Of a stretch of DNA of 32,000 nt, positions 31,041-32,000 are shown piece after piece. The notes under the pieces were generated by a model that saw only the letters and a program-made list of their open reading frames with translations, ran no database searches and was not told where the DNA came from. The translations under genes were made by a program, and so were the position numbers. The DNA is from Kineococcus radiotolerans SRS30216 = ATCC BAA-149 (GTDB taxonomy: Bacteria; Actinomycetota; Actinomycetes; Actinomycetales; Kineococcaceae). The stretch spans positions 1 to 32,000 of the forward strand of contig NC_009664.2 in assembly GCF_000017305.1 (NCBI RefSeq), given 5' to 3'. Numbering within the stretch: the stretch's first letter is position 1; each line of letters begins with the position of its first letter.

Positions 31041-31085
31041 GGTCCCGCTGTGTCCTGCTGGGTTCTGCTGGGTTCTGCTGGGTGT
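31041..31085. repeat. 10-bp tandem repeat about x4.5 (GGTTCTGCTG)
   Basis: Two perfect copies and 2-3 degenerate copies, ending at the SDR stop codon. Confidence 0.85.
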
Positions 31086-31861
31086 CAGATGCCGGGTAGT
31101 TCGCCGCCGTCGACGGTGAGGGTCACCCCGGTGACCCACTGGGCGCGGTCGGAGGCGAGGTAGGCCACCGCCTCGGCGATGTCGCGGGGGTCTCCCGGGC
31201 GTCCCAGCGGCACCCCGGCGGTGGTGTCGGCCAGGGAAACGCCCGTCGCGTCGGCGATGTCCTGGCGGATGGCGTCGGCGCCGGGGGTGAGGACGTTGCC
31301 GGGCACGATCGTGGCCACCCGGATGCCGGCGGGGGCGAGCTCGGTGGCCAGGGCCTTGCCGTAAGCGTTGAGCGCGGCCTTCGCTGCGGCGTAGTGGGCC
31401 AGTGGTGCTGGGGCGGTCAGGGCCGCGCCGGAGGAGATGTTGATGATGGCGCCGCCCTGCCCGGCTTCACGCAGCGCCGGGAGGAGGGCGGCGGTGACCC
31501 GGACAGCGGAGAGGTAGTTCAGGTTCAAGGCGTCGAGCCACTCCTCGTCGGGAATGGTGGCGATGCCGCCGAGGTGGGTGCGGGCGGCGCCGGCGTTGTT
31601 GACGACGATGTCGACGCCGCCCAGGGCGTCGAGGGCTGCGGTGGTGAAGGCCTGCACGCCGGTGGGGGTGCTGAGGTCACCGGCGATGAAGGTCGCGTCC
31701 CGGGGGGTGTCGTCGGTGGCGCTGCGGGCGGTGGTGACGACGCGGGCGCCGGCGTCGAGGAAGCGCTGGGTGATGGCCGCGCCGATCCCGCGCGAGCCTC
31801 CGGTGACGATGACGCGCTTGCCGGTGAATTCGGTGGGAGCAGGGGTGACGGTTCTGAACAT
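31085..31861 (-). CDS. short-chain dehydrogenase/reductase (SDR)
   Basis: Trimmed to ATG 31861 (MFRTVTPAPTEFTGKRVIVTGGSRGIGAAI). NNAG and YAAAKAAL (YxxxK). Confidence 0.9.
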   Translation of the reverse strand: MFRTVTPAPTEFTGKRVIVTGGSRGIGAAITQRFLDAGARVVTTARSATDDTPRDATFIAGDLSTPTGVQAFTTAALDALGGVDIVVNNAGAARTHLGGIATIPDEEWLDALNLNYLSAVRVTAALLPALREAGQGGAIINISSGAALTAPAPLAHYAAAKAALNAYGKALATELAPAGIRVATIVPGNVLTPGADAIRQDIADATGVSLADTTAGVPLGRPGDPRDIAEAVAYLASDRAQWVTGVTLTVDGGELPGI

Positions 31862-31862
31862 G

Positions 31863-31909
31863 CGGTCCACAATGGCACGTTCTGGACCGCTCGTCCAGAT
31901 GTTCTGGAC
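31863..31909. promoter_or_regulatory. candidate TetR operator(s)
   Basis: Inverted repeat GTCCAGA-N3-TCTGGAC (31893-31909) and CGGTCCA-N13-TGGACCG (31863-31889), in the 78-bp spacer between the SDR gene and the divergent TetR gene. Confidence 0.45.
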
Positions 31910-31939
31910 CGGAAGTTCAGATCGGCGTAGGATCGGGGA

Positions 31940-32000
31940 ATGGCCCGACCCCGCACCTTCGACGAGCACGACGTCGTCACCACCGCCCGCCGGCGGTTCA
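31940..32000 (+). CDS. TetR family regulator, 5' end only (runs off the window)
   Basis: MARPRTFDEHDVVTTARRRF resembles the common TetR N-terminus (ARPR.FD.D.V...A...F). Only 20 codons are visible. Confidence 0.45.
   Translation, partial: MARPRTFDEHDVVTTARRRF

Noticed and set aside
1145-31085. Whether any of the tandem arrays is a CRISPR array.
   Set aside because: The units are directly abutting with no spacers, are only 5-24 bp long, and occur in 3-5 copies. No cas genes are present.
1-32000. tRNA, rRNA or other housekeeping RNA genes.
   Set aside because: No T-loop (GGTTCGAATCC-like) or rRNA signature sequences were found on either strand.

Overview
High-GC, actinobacterial-type chromosomal DNA, coding densely on both strands. 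I saw no rRNA, tRNA or CRISPR array. All domain calls are by-eye motif recognition on the supplied translations; no searches were run.

Layout:
- 0.26-17.5 kb: small redox and hydrolase genes, most adjacent to a one-component regulator. These are 3 MDR quinone-oxidoreductase-like, 2 NmrA/epimerase-like, 1 SDR, 2 F420-type deazaflavin-oxidoreductase-like, 1 FAD-linked oxidase and 2 alpha/beta hydrolases. The regulators are 4 TetR, 1 MarR and 1 MmyB-like.
- 17.5-19.3 kb: a decayed zone holding an IS5-family transposase remnant, an MmyB-like pseudogene and a 3' fragment of a PP2C phosphatase gene.
- 19.3-28.8 kb: a signalling/lipid cluster on the minus strand, plus a divergent intact PP2C (SpoIIE-type) phosphatase. 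The minus-strand genes are an NTF2-like protein, GAF-GGDEF-EAL, an ATGA-coupled STAS and RsbW-like pair, a small acidic orphan, and an ATGA-coupled DAGK-family lipid kinase and two-HKD phospholipase-D-like pair.
- 28.8-32 kb: a frameshifted GNAT, a SAM methyltransferase, DUF1330, an SDR and the start of another TetR.

Two things stand out:
1. A partner-switching gene set with no sigma factor in the window sits beside a c-di-GMP enzyme and a lipid operon. Its STAS protein has Cys where the phospho-Ser normally is, and its RsbW-like partner has no obvious N-box. The cluster is bracketed by a truncated and a full PP2C copy.
2. Nearly every intergenic spacer carries its own unrelated 3-5-copy short tandem repeat, with units of 5-24 bp. 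Repeats inside intact genes all have unit lengths divisible by three.
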